DNA of 50,700 bases from a virus (Duplodnaviria > Caudoviricetes). Positions 35,942-46,096 of the stretch are shown here, one piece after another. The translations under genes were made by a program, and so were the position numbers. Location: positions 1 to 50,700 of IMG/VR virus record IMGVR_UViG_3300028024_000181; one strand, given 5' to 3'. Position 1 is the first letter of the stretch. Every line of letters begins with the position of its first letter. The notes under the pieces are model-generated. The model saw only the letters and a program-made list of their open reading frames with translations, was not told the origin of the DNA and searched no databases.

Positions 35942-36292
35942 GTGCCGTTCAACTGGCGCGCCGTCACCGACAAGATGAACGGCGTGGTGATGCAGACGTT
36001 CGGCGAGAACGTGCGTGTGCTCTATATGCCTGCGTCGGGGGCGACACCCTACGAAGTTGACGGGGTGTTCGACGAGGCGTTCCTGGATCTCGCTGTTGTC
36101 GACGGCGTGCAGGTTGCGACCGTCCAGCCCCGACTCGGCATTCAGGTGTCGCAGTTCGAGGCAGCGCCTGTACAGGACGATCAGTTGCAGATCAAACGCA
36201 CTGGCCTGATCTACGTCGTGCGCGAGGCCCGGCTCGATGGATGGGGCGGGGGCGGTTTGATGCTCAATCTCATAGGTGGCGATGGTGGCTGA
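35942..36292 (+). CDS. Head-tail joining protein
   Basis: Position; GVFD..P.L..V.E..DG.G pattern. Confidence 0.7.
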   Translation: MPFNWRAVTDKMNGVVMQTFGENVRVLYMPASGATPYEVDGVFDEAFLDLAVVDGVQVATVQPRLGIQVSQFEAAPVQDDQLQIKRTGLIYVVREARLDGWGGGGLMLNLIGGDGG

Positions 36293-36893
36293 CCCAACTG
36301 GCCGGTCGGCCATGCGAAAGATGGTGGTGGCTGCATTTCAGGCGGCTGCAGCCGCGCCGACGATCCAGTCACCGGGAGACTGGAGCACGCCTCCGGCGAA
36401 GTTGCCGGCGATTCTGGTGCGTTGTGGTGATGACCAGAAGGCGTCGATCGGGAACATCGGCGAGACGCAGTTCAACACCGATTTCGTTATCGAGATCCGC
36501 GGCATCGTTTCTGGCCCAACCGGCGAGGCCGCACAGGATGCGCTCGAAGATCTCGGCGCAACGATCGAAGACATCCTGCTTCGCAACATTGCCATTCGTG
36601 CGCAGACGCAGGACTTTCCGATGATCGCGACGGTAACGGAGATCAAATCGGATGGTCGTCTGCATTTCGGCGCCGTGAGCATGGCAGTGCACTTCCAGAT
36701 CTATGAGGCGTTCGATCCTGACGTGGAGACCACGCTCGAGCGAATGACCGTGACGGCTGATCTGAGAAATGTCTTCGACGCCAGCGGCACTTATCCCAAC
36801 CCGCCTTTTCCCGACGCAGTTCAGCCAGCTCCGCGCACTTCGGGCCCCGACGGGCGCGCCGAGGGTGGCTTCGATGTCGAACTTCCCCAATAG
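36282..36893 (+). CDS. Tail completion/terminator protein
   Basis: Position before DUF2635 and sheath; ends GPDGR.E. Confidence 0.6.
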   Translation: MVADPTGRSAMRKMVVAAFQAAAAAPTIQSPGDWSTPPAKLPAILVRCGDDQKASIGNIGETQFNTDFVIEIRGIVSGPTGEAAQDALEDLGATIEDILLRNIAIRAQTQDFPMIATVTEIKSDGRLHFGAVSMAVHFQIYEAFDPDVETTLERMTVTADLRNVFDASGTYPNPPFPDAVQPAPRTSGPDGRAEGGFDVELPQ

Positions 36894-36902
36894 GAGCAAC
36901 GC

Positions 36903-37097
36903 ATGTTCGTCAAACCCGCACCGGGTCTGAAGATTCGCGACCCTGAACTGAAAGACCTGATCCCGGACGAAGGCCGGAATGTGTCGGCCGACGATCTGTA
37001 CTGGCATCGCCGCTTGCGCGACGGTGACGTCGTCCTTGTTGAATCGACTGGCGTGCCGCCCGCTGCAGAGGCCGCCCGCATCACTGGGAGCGAATAA
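36903..37097 (+). CDS. DUF2635 family protein
   Basis: MFVKPAPG..IRDP..G..V..YW.RRL.DGDV. Confidence 0.9.
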   Translation: MFVKPAPGLKIRDPELKDLIPDEGRNVSADDLYWHRRLRDGDVVLVESTGVPPAAEAARITGSE

Positions 37098-37099
37098 TC

Positions 37100-38596
37100 G
37101 TGGCCGTTCCATTCAAGAATATTCCGTCTGGCGACCAGATCCGCGTCCCCCTGTTTTACGCGGAGGTCGACAACAGCCAGGCCAACACCGCGACGCAGTC
37201 CCAGCGCGCGCTCATCATTGGCCAGATCACCACCGCAGGCACCGGCACTCCCAACACGCCGACGATATGCCAGGGTAAGTCGGACGCGAAGACCGTCGGC
37301 GGCCCAGGCTCCATGCTCGCGCTGATGACGGCTGCCTATCGCGATAGCGACGACTTCGGCGAGCTCTGGTATTTGCCGCTGGCAGATGACGGCAGCGCGG
37401 TGGCCGCGAACGGTTCCATCAATTTCACGGCCGCCGCGACGGCCGTCGGCGTGCTTTTCCTGTATCTCGCCGGGCAGCTGGTCACGCAAAACGTGAATGC
37501 GTCGCTGACGCCCGCACAGCTCGCAACGGCGCTGGTGGCGACCGTCAATGCCGCGAGCGACCTGCCGGTAACCGCGGCCGTCGACGGCACGACCACGAGC
37601 AAGGTGAACTTTACGGCGAAGAACAAAGGCCTCGCCGGCAACGACATCGACATCAGCGTGAACTACCGCGGCACGGCGAATGGGGAAGTGACTCCGGCCG
37701 GCCTCACATTCGCTATCACTGCGATGAGCGGGGGCCTGGTGAATCCGTCGCTGACGGCCGGTCTCGCCAACCTCGCGGACATGCCGTTCGACTTCATCGT
37801 CATGCCCTATACGGACGCCACGTCGCTCGACGCGATCAAGGCTTTCCTCAATGACCAGAACGGTCGCTGGGCGTGGTCGAAGGGTATCTACGGGCACTTC
37901 TTCGCGATGTATCGCGGCACGGTAGGTGCCCTGACCACCTTCGGCGTGACACGCAATGACCAGCACGGCAGCGTGATGGGATTCAACGGTTCGCCGACGC
38001 CGGCGTGGGTGGGCGCCGCGGATCTGTGCGGCGCGGCCGCGGTCTCACTGCGTGCGGATCCGGGACTTCCTCTGCAGACGGTCGCTCTCTCGACGTTCCT
38101 TGCTCCCCCGGTCGCATCGCGCTTCGCGCTGACCGACCGCAATACGTTGCTGTTCGACGGTATTTCCACCTTCACCGTCGCTGACGATGGAACGGTCGCG
38201 ATCGAAAATCTGATCACCACGTACCAGAAGAACGGCTTCGGACAGCCCGACAACAGCTATTTGCAGGTCGAGACCTTATTCCTGCTGATGTATGTGATCC
38301 GACGGCTGAAAGGCGTCGTCACCAGCAAATACGGCCGCAAGAAGCTGGCAGCGAACGGCACGCGCTTCGCACCGGGCGCGAACATCGTCACGCCCAACAT
38401 CATCCGGGCCGATCAGATCGCTGAGTATCAGGCGATGGAATTCGAGGGATATGTCCAGAACAGCGATGCGTTTGCCGCGGGCCTGATCGTCGAGCAGGAC
38501 GCCCAGAATCCGAGCCGCATTAACGAGCTGTGGGACGGCGTTCTCATCGACGGACTGCGAATCTTCGCGCTGCTTGCCCAGTTCCGCCTGCAGTAA
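37100..38596 (+). CDS. Tail sheath protein (Mu gpL-like)
   Basis: RVPLFYAEVDNS.A, G.GSMLA.M, ITTYQKN..G.PDNSYL, QFRLQ. Confidence 0.95.
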   Translation: MAVPFKNIPSGDQIRVPLFYAEVDNSQANTATQSQRALIIGQITTAGTGTPNTPTICQGKSDAKTVGGPGSMLALMTAAYRDSDDFGELWYLPLADDGSAVAANGSINFTAAATAVGVLFLYLAGQLVTQNVNASLTPAQLATALVATVNAASDLPVTAAVDGTTTSKVNFTAKNKGLAGNDIDISVNYRGTANGEVTPAGLTFAITAMSGGLVNPSLTAGLANLADMPFDFIVMPYTDATSLDAIKAFLNDQNGRWAWSKGIYGHFFAMYRGTVGALTTFGVTRNDQHGSVMGFNGSPTPAWVGAADLCGAAAVSLRADPGLPLQTVALSTFLAPPVASRFALTDRNTLLFDGISTFTVADDGTVAIENLITTYQKNGFGQPDNSYLQVETLFLLMYVIRRLKGVVTSKYGRKKLAANGTRFAPGANIVTPNIIRADQIAEYQAMEFEGYVQNSDAFAAGLIVEQDAQNPSRINELWDGVLIDGLRIFALLAQFRLQ

Positions 38597-38616
38597 CAAG
38601 TCTCTCCACCAGCATT

Positions 38617-38641
38617 GGCCGCCTTCGGGCGGCTTTTTTTT
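38617..38641 (+). terminator. Terminator-like hairpin between sheath and tube genes
   Basis: GCCGCC-TTCG-GGCGGC followed by T8. Confidence 0.75.
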
Positions 38642-38653
38642 GTGAGTTCATAA

Positions 38654-39022
38654 ATGTCGAATACCACGAACCGCATTGCCGGGACGGCGTATCTGACGGT
38701 GGACGGGACGACCTACACCGTTGCCGGCGACTTCGAGTACGACCCCAGCTCCGTCACCCGCGAAACGTTATCCGGGCAGTCTGGCGTCGATGGTTTCAGC
38801 GAGAAGCCGAAGCCCGGCCAGATCAAGGCGACGCTGCGGGATATGAGGGGGCTGTCGCTCGCCGCAATCAATGCGATGGATGACGTGACTGTCGTCGCTG
38901 AGCTGGCGAATGGCAAAACGATCATCGGCCGCAATATGTGGACCGTCGATCCTCAAGGCTCGAAGGCCGAAGACGCAACGAATCCCGTCACGTGGGAAGG
39001 CCCGAGCGTAACGGAGAACTGA
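38654..39022 (+). CDS. Tail tube protein (Mu gpM-like)
   Basis: RIAGTAYL.VDG..RET..G..GV.G.SE..ELANGK. Confidence 0.92.
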   Translation: MSNTTNRIAGTAYLTVDGTTYTVAGDFEYDPSSVTRETLSGQSGVDGFSEKPKPGQIKATLRDMRGLSLAAINAMDDVTVVAELANGKTIIGRNMWTVDPQGSKAEDATNPVTWEGPSVTEN

Positions 39023-39025
39023 TCA

Positions 39026-39586
39026 ATGCAATCTACAAAAACCATTTCTTTTCGAGTGCCGATCGTAGTGGGTGATGGCGATGCTGCGAAGACCTATGAG
39101 GCAGTCACGCTGCGCGAGCCAACTGCAGGTGAGTATGAGGCGGCAGAGAAGGTGTCTGGCACATACGGCATGGCTGCCGCGCTGATCGCGACAGTGAGTG
39201 GAGTGCCTGTCGACGTCGTCGACCAGATGTTCGAGAGCCAGATCGATGAGGGTGAGGATTTTCTCGGTTCATTCGGCATGAATCTCATGAACCCAACTTC
39301 TCCATCGGACGACCAGTTCCAACTCGTTCTCGTAGCACCCGTAAAGCTGACGGATGACAACACGGCTCTGAATCAAGCGACTCTTTCGCTTTCTGAGCCG
39401 ACAAACCAGCAGCGCAGGAAAGCGGCGCAAATAGGCGGACCGATCGCACAGGCAATCGAACTTATTTCCATCAACGCCAAGGTCCCTAAAGCGTCGGTGC
39501 GTGCGATGTGCTCTCGCGACTTTCTTGCCGCAACCGGGTATTTCAACGGTTTTCAGCTGCGCCGGCGAGCAGGTTCGGGCGGCTAA
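39026..39586 (+). CDS. Tail assembly chaperone (two tandem TAC-like domains)
   Basis: LREPT..LIA..SGVP, repeated as LSEPT..LIS..KVP..RDF. Confidence 0.8.
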   Translation: MQSTKTISFRVPIVVGDGDAAKTYEAVTLREPTAGEYEAAEKVSGTYGMAAALIATVSGVPVDVVDQMFESQIDEGEDFLGSFGMNLMNPTSPSDDQFQLVLVAPVKLTDDNTALNQATLSLSEPTNQQRRKAAQIGGPIAQAIELISINAKVPKASVRAMCSRDFLAATGYFNGFQLRRRAGSGG

Positions 39587-39624
39587 TCGTCGGTCTAGGC
39601 GCTTCGCCCCCAAAGTGGGAACAG

Positions 39625-39762
39625 ATGGTTGTCGACGTCATGTTTTTTTTTGGCTTCACGCCTGACGTCGCATGGTCGATGTCGCTGTCTGAAACGGCGC
39701 GCTATTTGGACGACGCGTTACGCATTCGCAGTGGCATGGGTGAGAGGGGAGCACGTAAATGA
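39625..39762 (+). CDS. GpE'-like small tail chaperone extension
   Basis: DV..FFG..P...WSMSLSE...Y...A.RI; -1 frame relative to upstream gene. Confidence 0.6.
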   Translation: MVVDVMFFFGFTPDVAWSMSLSETARYLDDALRIRSGMGERGARK

Positions 39763-41183
39763 ATATTGGCGGCGGCGCAGGTGCCGTTCTCGGTACGGCA
39801 TCTGGCATCGAAAACCTCGCGGCGTCGCTCGCGGCACGTCTCGGTGGCTCGATCGGCACTTACATGCAGCAACTGCGGCCGGCCTCGTTTCGTGGCATGC
39901 CATTTGTTTCTTTAGGTGGCTCTGCATCATTCGGTCGCCGTAACGAGCTGCATGAATATGCGAAACGCGACGAGCCGTGGTCTGAGGATCTCGGCAGGGC
40001 GGCGCGGCGCTTTCAGGTTGTAGGTTACCTGGTCGGTGATGACGTCATCCAGAAGCGCGAGGTCATGATCCGGCAGATCGAGACTCAGGATTCTGGCGAG
40101 CTTATCCACGCGTCGTATGGCCGACGGACAGTCAACGTCAACAACTTCTCCGTAATTGAGCGCTGGGACAAGGCACGATATTTCGAACTTCGGTTCGATT
40201 TCATAGAAAGCGGCGCTAGCCTGTTTCCGTCATCCTCCAGCGCGGGAACAAGCCTGATCGCAGCCGCCGTATCGAAACTCGGATTGTCCGCGGCCGCAGA
40301 CTTCGCTTCCAAAGTCTTGTCGCAGTTGCAGTATGGAGCGGCGGTTGTCGGTATGGCGGTGAGCACCGCGCTGACCTGGTACACCACGGCAAAAAACCTC
40401 GTTGGCGATGCACGGAATCTCATTGGTCTCGTGTTCGACCTGCCCGGCTCTTTCGGACGGTTCGCGGGCAGCGCGACGGTGCCGACGTTTAGCAATTATC
40501 CGAGCGCACCGACGCCGGCCACAACCACCACCGCAGATCTGATCGCGCAGGCGACGCGGGCGCGCACGGCGGTTTCAGTCGCTTCGAGCACTCTGGCCGC
40601 GGCCGCATCGTCGTTGGATTCCACTTCAACAGATGCGTTCGCGACCGCCGCGCGGGGTGTCGCTTCTGCGTTGCTTGCTGCATCGCCTAACCCCGCAGAT
40701 GGTATACGCCTGCTCTCAGCTCTCGCCGTTTTTTCGCCGGCCGCGCCGACGACTAGCTCGACGATCGGCATGGCGATGGAGGTCATGCAGTCGGCATGTG
40801 GTGATCTCTTCCGAAGAGCTGCGATTGGCGCTGTGGCAACGGCGGCATCCACCTATAAGCCGACGTCGGCTGACGACGCAGCGACAGTGCGCGACACAGT
40901 GGTTGCCCTCATCGATTCGGAGATCGAGATTGCCGGCAACCAGGGCGACGACAGCACTTACGGCGCGCTGCGTTCCCTACGATCGGCAGTTATTCAGGAT
41001 CTGAACAGCCGCGGAGCTGGCCTTGCTGCCATCAAGACATTCGTGATCAAGGCGAATCTGCCCGCGTTGGTGCTGGCCCAGCGCCTGTATCGCGACCCCG
41101 CTCGCGCTGACGAGCTCGTTGCGCAGGCTAACCCTGTTCATCCGGCATTCATGCCGTCGAGCTTCAAGGCTCTGTCCAGTTGA
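39759..41183 (+). CDS. Mu-like DNA circularization / tail protein
   Basis: LRPASFRG.PF..GRR..HEY..RD..EDLGR; C-terminal LPALVLA.RLY.D..RA.EL..HP.F.P. Confidence 0.93.
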   Translation: MNIGGGAGAVLGTASGIENLAASLAARLGGSIGTYMQQLRPASFRGMPFVSLGGSASFGRRNELHEYAKRDEPWSEDLGRAARRFQVVGYLVGDDVIQKREVMIRQIETQDSGELIHASYGRRTVNVNNFSVIERWDKARYFELRFDFIESGASLFPSSSSAGTSLIAAAVSKLGLSAAADFASKVLSQLQYGAAVVGMAVSTALTWYTTAKNLVGDARNLIGLVFDLPGSFGRFAGSATVPTFSNYPSAPTPATTTTADLIAQATRARTAVSVASSTLAAAASSLDSTSTDAFATAARGVASALLAASPNPADGIRLLSALAVFSPAAPTTSSTIGMAMEVMQSACGDLFRRAAIGAVATAASTYKPTSADDAATVRDTVVALIDSEIEIAGNQGDDSTYGALRSLRSAVIQDLNSRGAGLAAIKTFVIKANLPALVLAQRLYRDPARADELVAQANPVHPAFMPSSFKALSS

Positions 41184-41199
41184 TCTCACCGAGGTTTAC

Positions 41200-42762
41200 A
41201 TGGCAGCACGAATCCAGTTTGTCATTACCGCGGAAGACCGGGCGAGCGGGCCGATCGGGAAGATTCAGGCGGCCTTTCGAAAGCTTGAAGTGCAGGCGAA
41301 ATCGGGAAGGCTGAACAAATTTTCAGATTCCATCACCGGTGGTTTGTCGTCAGGATCGGGGGCGATGTCAGCAATCACAAAATTTGTGAGTGGCAGCACG
41401 CTTGTTTCCGGCGCGATAGCCGGGCTCGTCATCAAGCTGGCAGACCTCGAATCCCAGTGGGCGAGTTCAGTGCGGAGCATGAATAATCTCGGGATCAGGA
41501 CCGGCCTGTCAGCGACGAGTGCTTACGCTGTGCAATACGCCGGCCGTCTGGCCGGACTATCGCCGGAGCAGGCGAATAGCGGAATAGAACAGGTCCGACA
41601 GACATACAGTGACGCACTGAACAATCGCAACCCCGAAGCGCTCAAGCGATTTCAGGCGGCCGGCATCTCGACGAATCCGGAACGGATGGAATCGATCGAA
41701 TCTGTCCTCGTGAAACTCGCTGCGTACGCGGAAATTTTGCGAAAGCAGGGGAAATATGGCGGCGCACAGAATTTTCTCGCCGCTTCCGGCGCCGCTTCTC
41801 TCGGTGACTTCCTGGGTCGCGGTCCAGCACAGGTGGCGTCGGACCTTCAGGCGGCGAAGTCATACATTCCGGACGACGACGATATCCGCCGGGCGCGCGA
41901 ATATGCAGACGAAACGGCACGGCTGGGCATTACCTATGACCGGTTGAAAACGACGTTGCTAAGCGGGCTCGAGCCCGCACTGGAAGGGTTGCTTAGCGGA
42001 ATTCAGTTCCTGCTTGATGCCGCCAGCGGTCGTAGCCGTCCCCAACCAGGACCAGGTGGCGAAAATAGCACACAGCAACGCATCTGGAATGGTTTTGAGC
42101 GGTTCGGCAACCGCCTTCGAGGTCGCGGCGACGAGACAATGGCAGAGGCCCAGCAGACCGGCCCCGTAGGCGACGGTGCGTCGCAGGAAAGGGCGCGGTC
42201 GATGGTCGAGTGGTACGTGAATCATGGCTTATCGAGAGAGCAGGCCATCGGAATGACGGCGAACGCATTTCGTGAGAGCAGCTTCGACTCGCGGGCCGAT
42301 TACGACGGAAAGGGTAGTTTTGTCGGCCTCTTTCAGTGGGGAAAAGATCGGCAGAAGCAATACGAGCAGATGTTCGGAAGGCCACTTTCCCTCGCGACGC
42401 CAGAAGAGCAGATGGGCTTTTCAGTCTGGGAACTGCAGAACACGGAGGCTAAGGCTGGTCGTGCGCTTCTCGATAGCAGCAATGCCGAAGATGCCGCAAG
42501 AAAGGTCTCGACACTCTATGAGCGTCCGGCCGACCCGAATGAGGCGGCGGTGAGAGCAGGGATTGCGAAGGATCTGGACGGTATTATCGGCGACGCGGCG
42601 GGCGAACCAGGAAAAATGCGCGTCGAGATCGTTCACAGGAACGCTCCGGAAGGAACGACTATGAACGTCTCGTCGTCGCCAGGCATCGAAACGACGATGC
42701 AATCCGACCGGCAGCCGGCCCCGCTTGGCGATCAATATTCCTATTCGCCTGGGGCGTTCTAA
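41200..42762 (+). CDS. Tape measure protein with phage tail lysozyme domain
   Basis: ITAEDRASGPI N-terminus, helical body; QA.G..AN..RES..GLFQW..R..EL..E..YERP. Confidence 0.8.
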   Translation: MAARIQFVITAEDRASGPIGKIQAAFRKLEVQAKSGRLNKFSDSITGGLSSGSGAMSAITKFVSGSTLVSGAIAGLVIKLADLESQWASSVRSMNNLGIRTGLSATSAYAVQYAGRLAGLSPEQANSGIEQVRQTYSDALNNRNPEALKRFQAAGISTNPERMESIESVLVKLAAYAEILRKQGKYGGAQNFLAASGAASLGDFLGRGPAQVASDLQAAKSYIPDDDDIRRAREYADETARLGITYDRLKTTLLSGLEPALEGLLSGIQFLLDAASGRSRPQPGPGGENSTQQRIWNGFERFGNRLRGRGDETMAEAQQTGPVGDGASQERARSMVEWYVNHGLSREQAIGMTANAFRESSFDSRADYDGKGSFVGLFQWGKDRQKQYEQMFGRPLSLATPEEQMGFSVWELQNTEAKAGRALLDSSNAEDAARKVSTLYERPADPNEAAVRAGIAKDLDGIIGDAAGEPGKMRVEIVHRNAPEGTTMNVSSSPGIETTMQSDRQPAPLGDQYSYSPGAF

Positions 42763-43913
42763 TGCCATCCGCTGACCGCATTGTCGATGCAAAAGGCGGG
42801 GGCGCGGCGAACGATGAAGTAAGGGTGTTGCTGACTCAGGACAGTCTTTTGTTGACGGGTTGGAAGGCAGTCCGCATAACGAGATCGATAGAGGTGGGGT
42901 CGTCATCCTTCGCGCTGACGTGTTCCGCCGATGCGAACACGCTGAAACTGCTCGGAAGAGAAGGATCGCCCGTGAAGATAACAATCGGCGATTCCACTGT
43001 GCTTACCGGGTTCCTTGAGACGATTGAAACGCTGTTGGCGCCCCGCAAACATCAGATCACCATCTCTGGGCGAGGAAAGCTTTGTGATCTCGTGGATAGT
43101 TCGTGTGGCATTGATCGCGTGAACGCGAACGCCACGCTTCAAACGTTGTGCGCGCGGATCACGAAGCCTTTCGAGATCAGTGTGTTCATCCCGCCAAACG
43201 GAACGCAAGCTGCCCTCGATGCATTGCCGACGCTTCCTCGTCAGCTCGTCAGCATCACCGAAACAGCTTGGGAAGTAATCGAACGATATGCGCGCTATTG
43301 CGGCGTGCTCGTGTTTGAAAGCGAGGAGGGTGAACTGACGATTTCGCTTGCCGGCACCGAGCTCGGAAGCTCCGGCGTTGCTCTCGGCAAAAACATTGAA
43401 GCCATCGTTTGCACCAAAAGCACGCTCGGAACCTTCAGCACATATAACGCGGTGTTGAGCGCCTATAGCGTCGGCGCCGACGACGAGGACATTCCGAATC
43501 TTGCCGTCGTGACGGTAGTTGCTGCAGGAGCAGCAGGAAACGCAGCGCGTTTTCGACCGACGTTTTTTGTTTCTGAACAGAGTGCCACGGATCGGCGGTT
43601 CATCGAGAAGCGGGTCAACTGGATGGCGTCGCGCGCGTATGGGAGATCTCGGCGTGTCAGGGTCCTCGTTGACAGCTGGCGCGATGCCAGTGGTTCTCCA
43701 TGGATTCCCAATGTGAATTATCCCGTCTCCGCGGATCTGGCCGGGGTGCCGGAAAACACGATTCTCCTATTGGCTGAGGTCACGTTTATCCGCAACGAAC
43801 AGGGTACTCGTGCGGAGCTGTTATTCGGTCCACGTCAAGGATTCCTGCCTGAGCCGATTGCGCTCGACGTGCTGCCAATGGATGAGTCAACCTCGACTGG
43901 AACGGAACAGTAA
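42762..43913 (+). CDS. Baseplate hub protein (Mu gpP-like)
   Basis: GW..VRITRSIE, I.GR.K..DLVDSS, ETAWE.I, WRD..G..W.PN. Confidence 0.88.
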   Translation: MPSADRIVDAKGGGAANDEVRVLLTQDSLLLTGWKAVRITRSIEVGSSSFALTCSADANTLKLLGREGSPVKITIGDSTVLTGFLETIETLLAPRKHQITISGRGKLCDLVDSSCGIDRVNANATLQTLCARITKPFEISVFIPPNGTQAALDALPTLPRQLVSITETAWEVIERYARYCGVLVFESEEGELTISLAGTELGSSGVALGKNIEAIVCTKSTLGTFSTYNAVLSAYSVGADDEDIPNLAVVTVVAAGAAGNAARFRPTFFVSEQSATDRRFIEKRVNWMASRAYGRSRRVRVLVDSWRDASGSPWIPNVNYPVSADLAGVPENTILLLAEVTFIRNEQGTRAELLFGPRQGFLPEPIALDVLPMDESTSTGTEQ

Positions 43914-44476
43914 TGCTTGAAAAAATAGGCCAGTTGGGGCGCCGGGTGCTGCTGATGCTCGCGCGCGGCACCATCACATTGGTCGACGACACCAAGCCCG
44001 TTCAGATGCTGCAGGTCCGCGTGAACGCGCTTGAGCTGATTCCCGATGTTCCTCGTTTCGCGGAATACGGATTTACGTCAAATCCGCCAACTGGCACGCA
44101 GGCGGTGATTGCATCGAAGAACGGCGATCGTAACGATGGAATCTGCATCGCGACGTCCAATGCGAAATACCGCATGACCCAGCTCGCGACTGGTGAAGTG
44201 GCGATCCACGACAACATCGGGCAGTCGGTATATCTGACGGCGGAAGGCATCGTGATCAATGGCGGGGGCAATCCAATGACCATCACGAATACGCCGGAAA
44301 TTACCGCCGATACGCCGATGCTTAAATGCACGGGCGACATCCTTGATAACTGCAACACGAACACACGAACAGTCGCTGGAATGAGGCAGGTCGCTAATGG
44401 CCATACGCACGACGTCCCGAACGTTCAAAGCGGCGGTACGACTCGCACGTCCAATCCGCCGAATCAGCCGGAATAA
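43913..44476 (+). CDS. Baseplate spike (Mu gp45-like)
   Basis: YGFTSNPP.G, GEVAI.D..G, terminal HTH iron-binding motif. Confidence 0.9.
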   Translation: MLEKIGQLGRRVLLMLARGTITLVDDTKPVQMLQVRVNALELIPDVPRFAEYGFTSNPPTGTQAVIASKNGDRNDGICIATSNAKYRMTQLATGEVAIHDNIGQSVYLTAEGIVINGGGNPMTITNTPEITADTPMLKCTGDILDNCNTNTRTVAGMRQVANGHTHDVPNVQSGGTTRTSNPPNQPE

Positions 44477-44479
44477 TCC

Positions 44480-44929
44480 ATGCCGGATATCTCTCTTGTA
44501 TGGGACGTCGACAACAGCCGCGGCGACTGGCAGCTTGTCGGGCCGGTCCTGCTTACCGGTAACGATCTGGCCAGCGCGGCGTTGATCAGCCTCTTCTCTG
44601 ACCGGATCGCAAACCCCGACGACGTTATTCCTGACGGCACGGACGATCCGCGAGGGTGGTGGGGTGACCTCGGCGAGGATCAGCCGATCGGCTCGCGCCT
44701 GTGGCTTCTCTCGCGTGCGAAACAGACCCAGGAGACCCTGAATAACGCGGTCGACTATTCGCGTGAGGCGTTGCAGTGGTTTATCGATGACGGAGTGGTG
44801 GCGCGCATCGATGTCTTTGCGCAGTGGGTGCGCACGTCGTTCCTCGGACTGCAGGCCATCTTCTATAACCAAGACGGCACCACCGCAGCTGCTCTCAGCT
44901 ACGCGTGGGCCTGGAACCAGATAGCCTGA
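44480..44929 (+). CDS. Mu gp46-like baseplate protein
   Basis: ISLFSDR, RGWWGD, IGSRLWLL.R.K. Confidence 0.93.
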   Translation: MPDISLVWDVDNSRGDWQLVGPVLLTGNDLASAALISLFSDRIANPDDVIPDGTDDPRGWWGDLGEDQPIGSRLWLLSRAKQTQETLNNAVDYSREALQWFIDDGVVARIDVFAQWVRTSFLGLQAIFYNQDGTTAAALSYAWAWNQIA

Positions 44930-44930
44930 C

Positions 44931-46091
44931 ATGCCATATGCACGGAAAACACTCGCGCAGATCCGGTCTGACGCGATGGCGGACATCGCGGCCGCGCTGC
45001 AGGGCTCGGATCCTCTCCTACGGTTCGCGGCGCTAAAAATCATCGGCGTCGTGCTCGCGGGCATGACCAACGAGGAATACGGTTACCTCGACTGGATCGC
45101 GAAACAGACGAACCCTTTCACCGCCGACGACGAGTATCTTGAGGCGTGGGGGGCACTGAAGAAGGTCTATCGCAAGGATGCGAGCGCCGCGAGCTTGTCG
45201 GCGACGTTCACGGGCGTCGCCGGCAAGCTGCTCGACGACGATACGCCGGTGGTGCGAAGCGATGGAGCAACCTACACCACGTCGGGCACGCAGACCGTCG
45301 TTGGAACGTCGGTCACAGTGACGATCGTGGCCGATGTCGCGGGGGCTGCCGGCAATGCGGATCCCGGTACCGTCGTCGCCCTCGACATCGCGGTCGACGG
45401 CATCCAGTCAACTGGCGCGGTCACTGGCACGGTTTCGTCGGGCGCCGATATCGAGGACCAGGAGGATTATCGCGCGCGCGTGCTGGCGAAGTATCAGCAG
45501 CCCCCGCAGGGCGGCGCGGCGCCGGATTATGTGGAATGGGCGACTGACGTCGCTGGCGTCACACGCGCATGGTGCGCGCCGAACGGCTTCGGCGCCGGCA
45601 CGGTAGTCGTGTACATCATGCTGGACGATGCGCAGGCAGCGCACGGCGGGTTTCCGCAAGGCACCGATGGGGTGTCTCAACACGATCAAGGGCCCGGTGG
45701 TCTGCCGCGCGGAACAGTGGCGACGGGGGATCAACTGATAGTCGCGGATGCGCTGGTCGCAGAGGAGCCTGTGACCGCGCTCGTGTATGTATGCGCACCC
45801 ATCCAGAACGTGCTCTCGTTCGTTCTGTCGGGATCTTCAGGATGGTCGACGGCAACTCGCAATGCGGTCGAAACACAGATTTCCGACGTCTTCTTTCGCA
45901 ACGGTGATCCGCGAGCCGGGACTGTCAACAGATCCGATATCAATTCGGCTATCGGCGCAGTCGCTGGAACGGCGGGATTCGTCATCGAATCGATCACGGG
46001 GGTGATCGGCGGCATACCGAGTAGCTACCCAGACAACATTACCGGAAGCTTTGGTTCCTTGCCGGTGCTCGGCACCGTAACGTATTCCTGA
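44931..46091 (+). CDS. Baseplate J / Mu gp47-like protein
   Basis: YLDWI, G.D.E..YRAR..PPQGG..DY..WA..V.GVTRAW. Confidence 0.94.
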   Translation: MPYARKTLAQIRSDAMADIAAALQGSDPLLRFAALKIIGVVLAGMTNEEYGYLDWIAKQTNPFTADDEYLEAWGALKKVYRKDASAASLSATFTGVAGKLLDDDTPVVRSDGATYTTSGTQTVVGTSVTVTIVADVAGAAGNADPGTVVALDIAVDGIQSTGAVTGTVSSGADIEDQEDYRARVLAKYQQPPQGGAAPDYVEWATDVAGVTRAWCAPNGFGAGTVVVYIMLDDAQAAHGGFPQGTDGVSQHDQGPGGLPRGTVATGDQLIVADALVAEEPVTALVYVCAPIQNVLSFVLSGSSGWSTATRNAVETQISDVFFRNGDPRAGTVNRSDINSAIGAVAGTAGFVIESITGVIGGIPSSYPDNITGSFGSLPVLGTVTYS

Positions 46092-46096
46092 TCGCC

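Noticed and set aside
39643-39651. T9 homopolymer as a phase-variation switch
   Set aside because: Encodes FFF in frame in a plausible chaperone motif; a single sequence gives no evidence of variation
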